A stretch of DNA of 64,000 nucleotides. It comes from Octopus sinensis. Lineage: Eukaryota. Location: NCBI RefSeq assembly GCF_006345805.1, contig NC_042999.1:14260001-14324000 (forward strand). Reading direction: 5' to 3'. Position 1 is the first letter of the stretch. Each line of letters starts with the position of its first letter. The notes beneath the pieces were generated by a model. The model searched no databases. It was given only the letters and a program-made list of their open reading frames with translations, and was not told the DNA's origin. Below, piece after piece: positions 35,395 through 48,789 of this stretch. A program made the translations under genes and the position numbers.

Positions 35395-36005
35395 TATTAT
35401 TATTATTATTATTATTATATTTTTAAAAAGATTGACGTAAACAGTCAAGGCGAAGGGCGCGACCCATTTGCAATAGATATTTTACTGGTTGACATCATCA
35501 GTCTTTAAGTTTCAATTTTATAACAGGCTACAATTTTGAGAAAGACTTGAAAGTGCATATTCTCAGAAAATATTCTGAACCTACTTTCACTTCTCAGAAT
35601 GCCTGTGGAGAAATATGTTTGCGGGTTATTGACGTCATGTCCTGGAGGAATGAATAAAATTTATACAAAACTGTTTCATTAAATATTCTTCTTGTTCTCT
35701 TTTTTCTTTCCTCTTTTTTTCTGTCTTCTTTTTTCTGTCCCTTTTTCTTTTCGCCTGTTATAAAATTGAAACTTAAAGATTGATGATGTCATTCTATCAA
35801 CGCGTGGACGATGGTTTCTGTCGTTCATACTTAAACTTTAAATTTCTATAATTTTGAATTTTTATCACTTCTTATTTTGAACTCGACAAAGACAGATTTA
35901 CTGTCGAAATATCGTTCAACCAATAAAATATCTATTACAGTGGAATCGTGCGCTTTGTCTTGACTAATATTTTTATTATTGTTGTTGTTGTTGTAATTGT
36001 TGTTG

Positions 36006-36049
<44 letters not shown>

Positions 36050-36069
36050 TAATAATATTAATAATATTG

Positions 36070-36117
<48 letters not shown>

Positions 36118-36221
36118 TAATAATAATAATAACAAGAATTACAATAACAACAACAACAATAATAATAATAATGATAGTCAAGACGAATAGCGCGATTCGA
36201 TTGTAATAGATATTTTATGAT

Positions 36222-37083
36222 AAAATGATAAAACGATAGCAAGAAAACCCCTTCATGGCAAATACTGGACTAAACTAAATGCAAAAGAAATAGACAAAGA
36301 AAAATCCCAGCAATGGTTGAGAAGCTCAGGACTCAAAGCAGAGACAGAAGGATTTTTAATTGCAGCACAAGACCAAAGCCTTCCCACCAGAAATTACCAA
36401 AAACATGTAATGAAAAGAAATATAACAAGTAACTGCAGAATATGTGGAGATGGACAAGAAACAATAAATCATATTATCTCTGGCTGCCCAGTCCTGGCTA
36501 AGAGGGAATATATTCACAGGCACAACAGAGTTGGGACCTATATACACTGGAAGCTATGCCAACATTATGGAATAACAACAGAAAAATATGGTATAGACAC
36601 ACACCAGAAAAGGTCACAGAAAACGAGAAAGCAACCATACTCTGGGATATGCCAATACACACAGACAGAGAAATTAAGGCCAACAGGCCAGATATAGTTG
36701 TCAGAGATCATGAAGAAAAAAATGTTTTCTAATTGATGTATCAATACCAGCAGATTACAACGTGTCCCTAAAAGAAATGGAGAAATTCAAAACACAAAGA
36801 CCTGGAAATAGAGGTAACTAGAATGCGGAATCTAAAAACAGAAACAATTCCTATCATAGTAGGCGCATTAGGCATGAAAAAAAATACATAACAAAAACAC
36901 CAGGACTTACAAACACATATAACATACAAAAAATTGCACTACTAGGCACTGCACACATCCTACGCAAAACACTTTCAATACAGTAACCATCAGAGCATCA
37001 CAACAAATCACAGCACATACCCAAGGCACACAGAGCTGCGCTCGGTAGTGAAGTGAAAGCACGCTATAAAAATAAAACTACTG
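36222..37083 (+). mobile_element. R4/Dong-like 3' fragment, copy 4 (CCHC + RLE + 3' UTR)
   Basis: ORF 36317..36697 contains CRICGDGQETINHIISGC; ends AAATAAAACTACTG|AATAAT. Confidence 0.9.
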
Positions 37084-37101
37084 AATAATAATAACAATTA
37101 T

Positions 37102-37163
<62 letters not shown>

Positions 37164-37171
37164 TGATGATG

Positions 37172-37378
37172 ATTTCACATTTTTGTCACAAGGACAGCTT
37201 GAAGGAGAGGGTTAAGTCGATTACATCGACTCCAGTGCGTAACTGATGTTTATTTAATCGATCCCTGAAGGAATGAAAGGCGAAGTCGACCCCGGCGGAT
37301 TTTGAACACAGAGCGTAGCGACGGGCGAAATGCCGCAAAACATTTCGTCCGACGCGCTAACGATTCTGCCGGCTCGAA
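37172..37378 (-). mobile_element. SINE family B
   Basis: GAAAGGCGAAGTCGACCCCGGCGG and CTAACGATTCTGCCGGCTC. Confidence 0.8.
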
Positions 37379-37946
37379 TAACAATAATAATGATGATGAT
37401 CCTATTTAAAGACTAGACATCCCAAATATATGTTGATTTAACTAGTGAATCAGAGTTACGTAGTCATAAAAGGATACGATTCACTACGGGTATACTGAAG
37501 CTGTCTGTGTGCAGAACGGTTTATTCGAATGCCTCAATTCACTAAAAGGAAGAAGATAACAGACCCTGTCTGGAAATATTAACTGTGATAGGACGGAGTT
37601 ATATCCAGTGGGAAATTTACTGCTCGTCTGCTTCAAGGCAATGAAACGAGAGTTAGGTATACCTGTCTATAAGAAAAGAGAAAAGCCTCTTGAAATTTTA
37701 CAACAAATATTTACATTTACATTTACAATATATATGAATCACGATCCGGATTTAGTGTGGAAATGGTTTTACTTTGGTCTTTTTGCGATAGCACTCTTGC
37801 TTTCTGATAGTAATCTTTTGTTTGATTTATGTGTTTCGTGATCAATTTGTGATTTATATTTTTACTTTTGGAAAATACACACGCCATGAAGACATCTGAG
37901 GCAATAGAACAGCGAATAAGATGCATTATTATAGTATTTAGTTTCC

Positions 37947-37949
<3 letters not shown>

Positions 37950-37995
<46 letters not shown>

Positions 37996-38054
37996 ATCTG
38001 TATCTCTTTCTGTGTATCTCTCTTTATCTCTTTGTGTATATACATCTTCCTCTA

Positions 38055-38088
<34 letters not shown>

Positions 38089-38147
38089 CATTTCTCTTTC
38101 TCTCTCTCTCTCTCTCTTTCTCTCCGTATATATATATATATTATATA

Positions 38148-38206
<59 letters not shown>

Positions 38207-38370
38207 TTCTCTTTTTCTCCCTCTCTCTCTCACTTACTCTCTCATTCTCTTTCTCTGTCACCCTTCCTCTCTCTCTGTCTCTCTCTCTGTATCTCTTTCT
38301 CTGTCTCCTTCTCTCTCTCTCCCTCTCTCCCTCTCTTTTTCTCCCAGTCCTTCTCTCAATCTTTCTCTCT
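37950..38370. repeat. Compound (CT)n/(TA)n/(TACA)n low-complexity tract
   Basis: Direct reading. Confidence 0.9.
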
Positions 38371-39295
38371 GTCTCAGTTCCAATCTTAAATTTCGTCGGA
38401 GTCATCTTAGCTTTTTCCTTCCTCTTCCAGATCGATAAAAAATAAACTACCGGTAATATACTGATAGCGTGTCGATGCGGAAGACTATCTCCCAACATCC
38501 CTACCTCTACCACCTCTACCACTTCCACACACGCAGACAGCCTTCTTCCGTCCCGCCCTTAGACAAATTGGCCTTGCGCCAAAGGAAGAAATCGATTCAG
38601 GAAAAATAAATATTTTCTTATCTTGAAGTATTTCATCTTCTTTTCTTATCTTATTTCAATTATTATCGGAAAATCAAATAATGGATTCCATTTCGCAGAG
38701 ATGTATTGTCGTCCTTCAAAAAGATGGGACTAGATACGAAAAACATGAAATCAAAATATATAAAAAAATATAATAAAAATCTGATGAAATTCCTCTCTTT
38801 TTCTCATCTTAGACTTACAAATTTCCTATCAACGCCAGTTGTCAAACTCCGACAAAAGTTCAAAACTAGCAGTTTTATGCAATCATTCCAAAGACAGCAA
38901 TATTCTCGGAACTCCAACTCCCTAATCAGTCTTTTTCTCTTTAACTGCAACCATTTATCAAGTGTAGTTGAGATTGGGCATTAACCCTTGAAGAAAACCA
39001 TGTAGCTATATCGACTCACCCTTGTCAAACCAGTCCGATTACAAACCTTTATCATCTCCTGCTTCTATGGTTTTGTCAATTTCTTTAGCTTTAAGGGGGG
39101 AAGTTTCCGTCCTTCACCATCATAGAAATTGAGCCCAGAACTGCAAGCTCATAAATAACTCACAAAAGGTTCCATGATAGTCGCTCTTTAGAAGAACGAA
39201 TTATTTAAATTTGCGATGAAAGGTAATGAAAAATTCTCCATAGAATAAGTCTCTCGATTGGCTGGCTATAACAAAACAAAGACCGTGTTTACTGT

Positions 39296-39518
39296 AACCC
39301 TTTGGCGTTGAGATTAACTGTAAAATGTAATACTTATTTATTCATTTTGTTTTTAATTAATCATGCATTATCATCTAGCTTTGAAATTTCAATGTTGAGA
39401 TTATTTATTTTAGAATGACATTGTAGTATAGGTGGGAGAGGCCAGATCTGGCCAGTTTGAACATAAAACAGGTAGAATGTTTGCGCTTGATATAACCAGT
39501 TTAGATGCTAAAGCTGAA
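39296..39518. mobile_element. MITE with TAACCCTTT-type terminus (piggyBac-like); related copy at 49905-50135
   Basis: Left TAACCCTTTGGCGTT, right ATGCTAAAGCTGAA; shared core GAGAGGCCAGATCTGGCCAG. Confidence 0.55.
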
Positions 39519-39652
39519 TTACATCTCCTTCGTCTTGGAAAGAGAACAGACACTGGATATGTGTTTCTGCATCTTCTAACTGTAGGCTGGAATGACTTCC
39601 TGCTAAGTCAGGTCTGGGCTGTCTTGGGGAGCTAAATGACTCTAAATTACTC

Positions 39653-39686
<34 letters not shown>

Positions 39687-40399
39687 CAGACATCTTTCAA
39701 ACTGAAAGTATTATTTCACATTACAATACAGACATAATTCTGAAATAGTGTAAGATATAATAAATTGCTCTGGGCTCACAATAGGCAAGAAGCTGGAAAT
39801 TTTTGGGGTCCATGACACTGCGTGGACCTTGGCTTTTGTACTTGACGACTGTTACTTTAAGTATTTTATTTCAATTTTATGTATATATGTATGAACAAGC
39901 CAATGAGAAAGACATCTACATGGTATCTAAACCTGGAAGAAATAGCAGCCAAATCTCCCTCAAAACACCCTATTGTCTTAATCCGACAATTCTGCCTATT
40001 ATGTAGTTTGAATGAGAAACTGTGACTAAGGATCAAGATTATTAACCCCAAAATTTTACGCGTTTTAATAGCAATCAATTTTTTTCTCTTTTTTGCGTAG
40101 CTTTTCATGTCAGCTGTAAAGGTGAAGAGGGTTAACTTGGACGGTGTTAAGTAGTGGAGATGTTTGGTGATTCTGTGTGGTGTTTACTTTTGACTGATTC
40201 TTCTCAATAAGGATAACTGATTGATAACGAATCTTAACACAATATATATACAACTTCAAGTGGAACTGGACGTCATAAGAGAGACACCATAGTGACGGTT
40301 TTAGCTGGTTGTCATCCTGTACTCTCCTTGTTGCTAGCGAAATGGTATGTGCCGGCTGTGTGAGCAATTGGTTGATTTTAATGGCGAAACAAACAAGAT

Positions 40400-40575
40400 G
40401 GAAAGATTACAAAAATAGCGATTCTCACCTTGAAACTAACTATTTTGATTTTTTTTATTTAGATTACAGAACGCCCCGCTCTGTCATATATCCATGTTTA
40501 AAATTTCAGCGCGATTGGATGAACAATACTCGAGTTTAGACAGACAGACGGAACTGATTATTTTTATATATATAT
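40400..40575 (-). mobile_element. Helitron-like 5' end
   Basis: Reverse complement reads TATATATAAAAATAATCAGTTCCGTCTGTCTGTCTAAAC..CCAATCGCGCTGAAATTTT. Confidence 0.4.
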
Positions 40576-40581
40576 TTATAT

Positions 40582-40655
<74 letters not shown>

Positions 40656-40891
40656 TTTATACATACGTTTACGTACATACTTACTTGTATATGTTTATAC
40701 ATATGCATATGTGGGCAAAGGACATCACAAAACGTAAACAACAAAAAATATGAAATACGAGGACATGGAATATGAACTATTTTGCAAACAACGAAAGAAA
40801 CAAATGGAAAACAAGACAAACAGCACAAAGAACGACCCTTCATCAGTTGTCGGCTGTTTATCTAATCCGTATTTCGAGCAATTCACGACAA

Positions 40892-41125
40892 GATCTATCT
40901 ATCTATCTATCTATCTATCCGCTCAGTCGAAGTCGACTTTCGGTTACTCGTTGGATCAGTGTCCTCCAGTCAGTTCTATCCTGGGCCGCTTCTTTCAGAT
41001 TGGCTATGCCCATTCCGGAATCCCTCTTGATGGTGTCAAGCCAGTGGGTTCTTGATCGGCCTCTTCCTCTCTTGCCACTGACCATTCCGAACATGGTGTC
41101 CTTCTCCAGGGATTTTCGCCGCACG
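40892..41125 (-). mobile_element. RTE-clade LINE 3' end with (TAGA)n tail
   Basis: SLEKDTMFGMVSGKRGRGRSRTHWLDTIK..AQDRTDWRTLIQRVTESRLRLSG*. Confidence 0.9.
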
Positions 41126-41213
41126 ACTAGATACGCTTTCGATAAAGCAGTTGTTCCCGCAAAGCAAGTTAAATAACATTTGGGATTATATACGTATATA
41201 TATATATATATAT

Positions 41214-41600
41214 AGGCGCAGGAGTGGATGTGTGGTAAGTAGCTTGCTTACCAACCACATGGTTCTGGGTTCAGTCCCACTGCGTGGCACCTTGGGCAGG
41301 TGTCTTCTACTATAGCCTCGAGCCGAACAATGCCTTGTGAGTGAATGTAGTAGACGGAAACTGAAAGAAGCCTGTCGTATATGTATGTATGTGTGTGTGT
41401 GTGCGTTTGTGTGTCTATGTTTGTCCTTGACAACCGATGTTGACATGTTTACGCCCCCGTAACTTAGCGGTTCGGCAAAAGGCCCGATAGAATAAGTACT
41501 AGGCTTACAAAGAATAAATCCTGGTGTCGATTTGCTCGATTAAAGGAAGCACTCCAGCATGGCCGCAGTCAAATGACTGAAACGTTTAAAAGAATAAAAG
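41214..41600 (+). mobile_element. SINE family A, full length
   Basis: Head, internal (TG)n and GACTGAAAC tail. Confidence 0.9.
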
Positions 41601-41609
41601 AATATAACA

Positions 41610-41630
41610 TATATATATATATATACATAC

Positions 41631-41707
<77 letters not shown>

Positions 41708-41712
41708 CGTGC

Positions 41713-41743
<31 letters not shown>

Positions 41744-41986
41744 CGTGCGCGCGTATAGTCATAGCTAGACGGCTTTGATTATGTATCTATCCAGACACGA
41801 ACTGAAGCAACAGCGACAAATAGTTTGAATAGTGTTTGTTATTCACTCTACATGTTTTCTTTATTTGTTTATATATCTGATTATTTTCAGTGAATGAGAA
41901 ACTGATATAAATGAAGCCGATACGTAACTATACACATGTACGTATATAAACTCACCTCTTCGTAATCTATATATATATATATATAT

Positions 41987-42028
<42 letters not shown>

Positions 42029-42034
42029 ATATAT

Positions 42035-42066
<32 letters not shown>

Positions 42067-42219
42067 ATATATATATATATATGTGTATATATATGTATAT
42101 ACATATATATGTGTATATACATATATACATATATGTAAATACATATATTCGTGTGAGTATGTGTATATATGTTTGTGTGCGTGTATGTATATATATATAC
42201 ATACATATACATATACATT

Positions 42220-42257
<38 letters not shown>

Positions 42258-42420
42258 CATACGTATTCATATACCTGTATGAGTGTATGTGTATATGCAT
42301 GTATATAGATACATATATAGATATATATACTCATATACATATGTACACACACACACACATATATATATAATTTGTATATATATATAGTAGATATGTTATT
42401 TATTATGTATACTACACACA
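41610..42420. repeat. (TG)n and long degenerate (TA)n tracts
   Basis: Direct reading. Confidence 0.9.
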
Positions 42421-43006
42421 CATACACACACAAACACATGAAGATAAAGAGAGAGATAGTGTTTGTGTAAGTGTGCGAAAGAAAAAGAAAGAGAGAGAGA
42501 GAGAGAAGGGGGAAGAGATTTTAATTTTATTAGAATCACTTATTTCATGCCTTTAGAAAATTGTGTACATTTTTATTTGCGTGTGTACGTGTGTGTGTGT
42601 ATGTGTGTGTATGTGTGTGTGTGTACGTGTGTACGTGTGTGTGCGTGTGTTGTCCTCCTGACATACGCTTCGAATGTCAACTAAACAACATGGGAAAAGT
42701 GGACTGTTTTCAAAAACTGACTTAGTCATAATAACAAGCGAAAAAAAACTAACCAAATTCTTAGAAAATTTCTATGTCTGACCACGTATTTAAATGACTC
42801 ACTATTCCGACAGGAAATCTCTTATTTACTTGTTTGTATATTTATTTATTTATTCAGAGTATCTATTTGTTTGTTTAGTACTCGTGTCAATGAGGTCTCT
42901 ACGCAAAGATCAAGACAAAACAAGTTTTCTTCTGACGTAAAAAAATGTTTGAAAAGCTCAACTGTCGCTCGCTCAACGCATAATACACAAGCATGGGAAT
43001 GCATAT

Positions 43007-43052
<46 letters not shown>

Positions 43053-43065
43053 ACATACACACACA

Positions 43066-43134
<69 letters not shown>

Positions 43135-43541
43135 ACATATATGTAATACTCGTAGCCACTTTAACATGTCTGTCATAAAAATTCGCAGTAGGGTCCGCTC
43201 AAACGAACAGCCATGTTAAAGTGGCAACGAATATTACTTATCAGTACAACTACTGTGTTGACCTCTTAGAGAGATTTTAGAACTAGCATTTTAGCTTATA
43301 TATATATATATATATATATATATCCTTGTTTCGTATACATTCGATCCTTTTTCTAAGGAATCTAATGCTCGTAGCTTAGTTTTTCCTTGGGGCTGGTCAG
43401 ATTGGAGCAATCTCAAGATTAATCAGCCGAAATTGCGAGGATGATCCGGTTCTTGACTGAAGATTAGAGGCTTCGAGTGACCCGTCCGTGTTTTTTTGTA
43501 TCGTCTATTTGAATGTTTTACGTTCTTGTCCCATTTTGTAT

Positions 43542-43593
<52 letters not shown>

Positions 43594-43618
43594 AAATGGG
43601 ACAATAACGTAAAACATT

Positions 43619-43660
<42 letters not shown>

Positions 43661-43899
43661 GAGAGAGAGAGAGAGAGGTGGGGTTAGTAGAGTTAGCGAT
43701 TGAAATGGCCGTCTAAGGGATAAGAATATCCGTTTTACTATCGGTATATATTACCTACGTAAACCCTGGGCATACGTATGCAAGAATATTACGCTCATGG
43801 GGTACAGGCAATAACAAAAATAAAGAGTTTATCAGGAATCAAATTTAAATTAAACTCAAATTAAGCAGAAAATTGGAGAATCTTCATCATTTACAATAG

Positions 43900-43917
43900 C
43901 ATCATCATCACCAGCAG

Positions 43918-43984
<67 letters not shown>

Positions 43985-44000
43985 CCATCATCATCACCAC

Positions 44001-44058
<58 letters not shown>

Positions 44059-44162
44059 TTCATCATTATTGCCTTCATCATGATCATCATCCTTATCATC
44101 ATCATCACCATCACCATCTTCATTATCACCTTTATTATCATCCTCATCATCACCATCATCAT

Positions 44163-44210
<48 letters not shown>

Positions 44211-44312
44211 GTCCTTCATCATCATTGCCCTCATCATGATCATCCTTATCATCATCACCATCACCATCTTCATTATCACCTTTATTATCATCATCATCAT
44301 CACCATCATCAT

Positions 44313-44364
<52 letters not shown>

Positions 44365-44478
44365 TCCTTCATCATCATTGCCCTCATCATGATCATCATC
44401 CTTATCATCATCATCACCATCACCATCTTCATTATCACCTTTATTATCATCATCATCATCACCAACATCATAATCCCC

Positions 44479-44545
<67 letters not shown>
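43900..44545. repeat. (ATC)n tract containing three ~153-156-bp higher-order units
   Basis: Marker ATTGCC(T/C)TCATCATGATC at 44068, 44224 and 44377. Confidence 0.92.
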
Positions 44546-44864
44546 CAGTCGTCGTAGTCGTTGTCATCGTCATCCTAGTACACTTGATGCAATAACATTG
44601 GTAACCAAATTCTTTCTCCACCACCGCCGCCGCCACCATCACCACGGCCACCTTTTACTTTTAAATCTTGTTTATAATTTTATCATACGAAAAGAAAAAG
44701 TACATTTAATAATCGATCTAAGGTCCCTAGTAAAGTGTTTTGAGGGTTGCGAATTCGATAAAGAAAACCAGAGATTCATTTTAATTAACAGGGTCATTAA
44801 TAACACACAACAAGTGCAAAATACTCGAGCCTACCTCAAGCGAGGAAATAAACGGTGCTTTAGC

Positions 44865-45230
44865 ACAGTGTGTGTGTGTGTGTGTCTGTGTGTGTGTCTG
44901 TGTGTGTGTGTATGTGTGTGTTTGTGTGTGCGTGTGTGTGTATGTGTGTGTGTGCGTCTGTGTGTGTATGTCTGTGTGTGTATGTGTGTGTGTGTGTGTA
45001 TGTCTCTGTGTGTGTATGTCTGTGTGTGTATGTCTGTCTGTGTGTGTGTATGTCTGTGTGTTTGTGTGTATGTCTGTCTGTATGTCTGTGTGTGTATGTG
45101 TGTATGTGTATGTCTGTGTGTGTGTATGTCTGTGTGTGTGTATGTGCCTGTATCTGTGTATGTCTGTGTATGTGTGTGTGTGTGCGTGTGTGTGTGTGTG
45201 TATGTCTGTGTGTGTGTGTGTGTGTTTGTG
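44865..45230. repeat. Degenerate (TG)n/(TGTATGTC)n tract
   Basis: Direct reading. Confidence 0.9.
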
Positions 45231-45929
45231 TTTCTTTTAGATGTTATGGCGTACTTTAAAGATTTGGTTGCTATTTTAATGCAACTTTCGTCATCAATAA
45301 ACAAGACAACATGACTAAAAAATTTGAAAAAGTCTGGTGAAAATTTGGTAAAAAAATTCTGGTGGTTGGAGAGAATTTTAAAAAGAAACCGAGATGAAAG
45401 ATAATTATGTATAATTGTATAATTGATTATATTTCACGCGCACGTACATAGGTGCGTGTATGTGTCATAGCTACTCCATACCTAATTATCATTTCACATA
45501 GTTCCGCCTACTTCCCAAAACAACTTCGTAATTACAATAGGAAGCGAAATAGAATTCAAGTAAATCACTGTCGAAGCCGAAACTTCGAATTCACTGTCAA
45601 CTTTTTTCTTGTAAAAGTTTAATGAATATGTATTCTACTTAGAAAAAGTATTTAAGAATTATTCAGTTTAACTTAAATTCCTTTTATATAAAATTCGACT
45701 AAAAACAAACACATGATGTCTTTATCTTTTATCTCTGACTTGGTCAGTCAATAGACTGCGGCCATGCTGGGGCACCGCCTTGAAGAATTCCAGTAGAATG
45801 AATCGATTTTAGTACTCGTTACTTTTTCAGAACCGCTAATTTACAGGGACATAAACGCACCAACACCGGTTGTCAGGTGGTGTTGGGGGACAAGCTTGGT
45901 CACAAAGATACTCATACATAGATATTCTT

Positions 45930-46470
45930 TTATTCTTTTACTTGTTTCAGTCATTTGACTGCGGCCATGCTGGAGCACCGCCTTTAGTTGAACGAATCGA
46001 CCCTAGGACTTATTCTTTGTAAGCCCAATACTTATTCTATCGGTTTTTGTTTTACCGAACCGCTAAGTTACGGGGACGTTAACACACCAACATCGGTTGT
46101 CAAGCGCTTGTGGAGGGACAAACAGACACACAAACATATATATATATATATATACGACGGGCTTCTTTCAGTTTCCGTCTACCAAGTCCACTCACAATGC
46201 TTTGATCGGCCCGAGGCTATAGTAGCAGACACTTGTCCAAGGTGCCACGCAGTGGGAATGAACCCAGAATCATGTGGTTGGGAAACAACCTTCTTACCAC
46301 ACAGTCACGCCTGTGCTTTCAGTTTTCGCCAGCCAAATCCACTAACAAGACTTTGGTCGGTCCGAAACGATAATAAAAATATTTTTCCATGTTGCTGTGG
46401 AATGGAACTGAAACAGGAACCATGAGGTTGAGAAGAAAACTTCTTACCATACAGCCACGCTTGTGCCTAG
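45930..46470 (-). mobile_element. SINE family A full copy plus second head (tail fragment also at 45730-45910)
   Basis: TCTTTTACTTGTTTCAGTCATTTGACTGCGGCCATGCTGGAGCACCGCC tail and two head regions. Confidence 0.85.
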
Positions 46471-46477
46471 ATAGATA

Positions 46478-46785
46478 TGTTTCTTTATTAGCCACACAGG
46501 GCTGCACACAGACAGAACAAATTACAAGGTAGAGCTTTTCTTTTGGGGGTAAAAAAAAAAGGGGGTTGGTTTTCGATCAAAAGGGATCGTAAAAGGAAAG
46601 AAAGAGGACAAAAAAAGGGGAGGATTTTTAAAAAAAGGGGAGGGGGAGAGGGGAGAGGAAAAAAAAAGTTGATCAATAGGGATCGTAATCACAGAAATGT
46701 CAATATGAAGCGTAAAGGGGAGGACAGGTGAGGTTTACCCGTGGAAGGAAAAGCCTACGGAAAAGACCACGGTAACCTCGGTCAA
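46478..46785 (-). mobile_element. LINE-like 3' UTR fragment with 14-bp target-site duplication
   Basis: TGCCTAGATAGATA at 46464-46477 and 46786-46799; pyrimidine-rich body ending GCAGCCCTGTGTGGCTAATAAAGAAACA. Clade not assignable. Confidence 0.65.
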
Positions 46786-46849
46786 TGCCTAGATAGATAG
46801 ATAAATAGATAGATAGATGTGTGTGTGTGTGTGTGTGTGTGTGTGATTG

Positions 46850-46989
46850 TTAATCGGTGAACAGTTACAAAAGCGGCTTGAGGACCGAACGTTTCGTGCA
46901 TGATACTTCTGAAACTGAATCAGGTTCAACAGGTGTCATACACGAAACTCTCGTCCCTTGAATCACTTTTGTAACTTTCCGCCGATTAA
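46850..46989. mobile_element. Small fold-back element bounded by TTAA
   Basis: TTAATCGGTGAACAGTTACAAAAG versus CTTTTGTAACTTTCCGCCGATTAA; inner arms are also complementary. Confidence 0.7.
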
Positions 46990-47689
46990 AAGTCAAAGAG
47001 GACACACGTTCACACACACGCACACAACACACAAAGGCAAAAACAAAACCTACGCACATGCACATGTATGCATTCTGAGAGCATCATCTAGCAAGAGAAT
47101 CCAATAAGCTTGAAGCTTGGAATAATACAAATCCAAATAAAAATTTATGCAAATTGAAATAAAAGTAACTCTAGGGACAGGTTAGCGATTTTGCTGCAGG
47201 GCTAGCCTCCAGATATGTGGCGTGTGTGTGTGTGTGTGTGCGCGTGCGAATATGTGCTTGTGTGCGTGTGTGTGTGCGTGCGAGTATGTGTGTGAGAGTG
47301 TGTGTGTGTTAAATTGCGTATATATATATGCGTGTGTGTATATATATCCCTGTATGTACGTACGTGTGTATGTATGTATGTATGTGTATATATATACATG
47401 TATGTATGTGTGTATATATATATACATGTATGTATGTGTATATATATATACATGTATATATGTGTGTATATATATATATATATCCATGTATGTATGTATG
47501 TGTATATATATCCCTCTATGTATGTATGTGTGCATGTATGCATGTATATATGTATGGACATATACATATGTACGGATATGCGTGTGTTTGAGTGTTTCGT
47601 AATCTCTGTGATACTGAATGAGCTTTCCATGCATGTAAAGATATAAACACAGCAATAAATAAATAGATAGATAGATAGATAGATATAGA

Positions 47690-48235
47690 TCGATATAGAG
47701 GAGGCGAGGGGCGGGGCAGAGATAGAGGGAGCGCGGGAAGGAGAGAGATAGAGGGAGGGAGATATATAGATAGAGGAATCAGGAGGGAGTGAGAGATGAA
47801 GAGAAAGGGTGAGAGTGTGGGGGAGAGTAAGGAGAGAGAGAGAGGTGAGTGATGGAGGGAGGAACGGTGAGAGGAGAGATAGAGGGAAGGGTGAGAGAGA
47901 GAGAGAGGAAGTGGGAGGGAGAGAGAGGAAGTGGGAGGGAGAGAGAGGAAGTGGGAGGGAGAGAGAGGAAGTGGGAGGGAGGGAGAGGAAGTGGGAGGGA
48001 GAGAGAGGAAGTGGGAGGGAGAGAGAGGAAGTGGGAGGGAGAGAGAGGAAAGAGCGAGGGGAGAGGAGAGAAAGCGAGAGAAAGGAGGTGAGGGAGGGTG
48101 AGTGTGAGGAGAGATAGAGGGAGGGAGGGTAGGAGAGAGGGAGGGAGAGAGGAGAGATAGATGGAGAAAACGGGAGGGAGAGAGAAAGAGAAGAGAGCGA
48201 GGGAGAGAGAGAGAGAGAGAGGGAGGGATAGAGAA
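47690..48235 (+). repeat. Polypurine tract with 7 tandem 20-mers (GAGAGAGGAAGTGGGAGGGA, 47901-48040)
   Basis: Direct reading. Confidence 0.95.
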
Positions 48236-48410
48236 AATGTCAATATGACTTAAAAGAACTGAAAAACTAATGAAACGCACTAAAATCAGTGAATAGGTCA
48301 GAAGAGCGTGACGAAAGTCTTTCATACAAATAATTAAATGAAATAATTAATTAACGAAGACGTGAATAATGATGATGATGATGACGAGATTATCGTAATT
48401 ATTATTATTA

Positions 48411-48498
<88 letters not shown>

Positions 48499-48501
48499 CA
48501 A

Positions 48502-48718
48502 GGTGACGAGCTGGCAGAATCGTAAGTACGTCAGGTGAAAGTCTTGGTGATATTTATTTCGTCCGTATTTACGTTCTGCGTGCAAATTCCCGCCGAGGTT
48601 GACTTTGCCTTTTATCCTTTCGGGGTCGATAAATTAAGTTCCAGTGAAACACTGGGGTCGATGTAACTGACTAGTCCGCTCCTCCCAAATTTCAGGCCTT
48701 GTGCCTATAGTACAAAGG

Positions 48719-48720
<2 letters not shown>
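48502..48720 (+). mobile_element. SINE family B between (TTA)n tracts
   Basis: GGTGACGAGCTGGCAGAATCG head; GCCTTTTATCCTTTCGGGGTCGATAAA core. Confidence 0.85.
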
Positions 48721-48784
<64 letters not shown>

Positions 48785-48789
48785 AAATT

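Noticed and set aside
38985-40134. piggyBac-like element bounded by TTAACCCT and AGGGTTAA
   Set aside because: Only 4 bp of TIR match beyond TTAA and no transposase remnant was recognised.
43950-44651. 233-aa poly-Met ORF and overlapping poly-Ile ORF
   Set aside because: Reading frames of the (ATC)n repeat; no promoter, splice or homology support.
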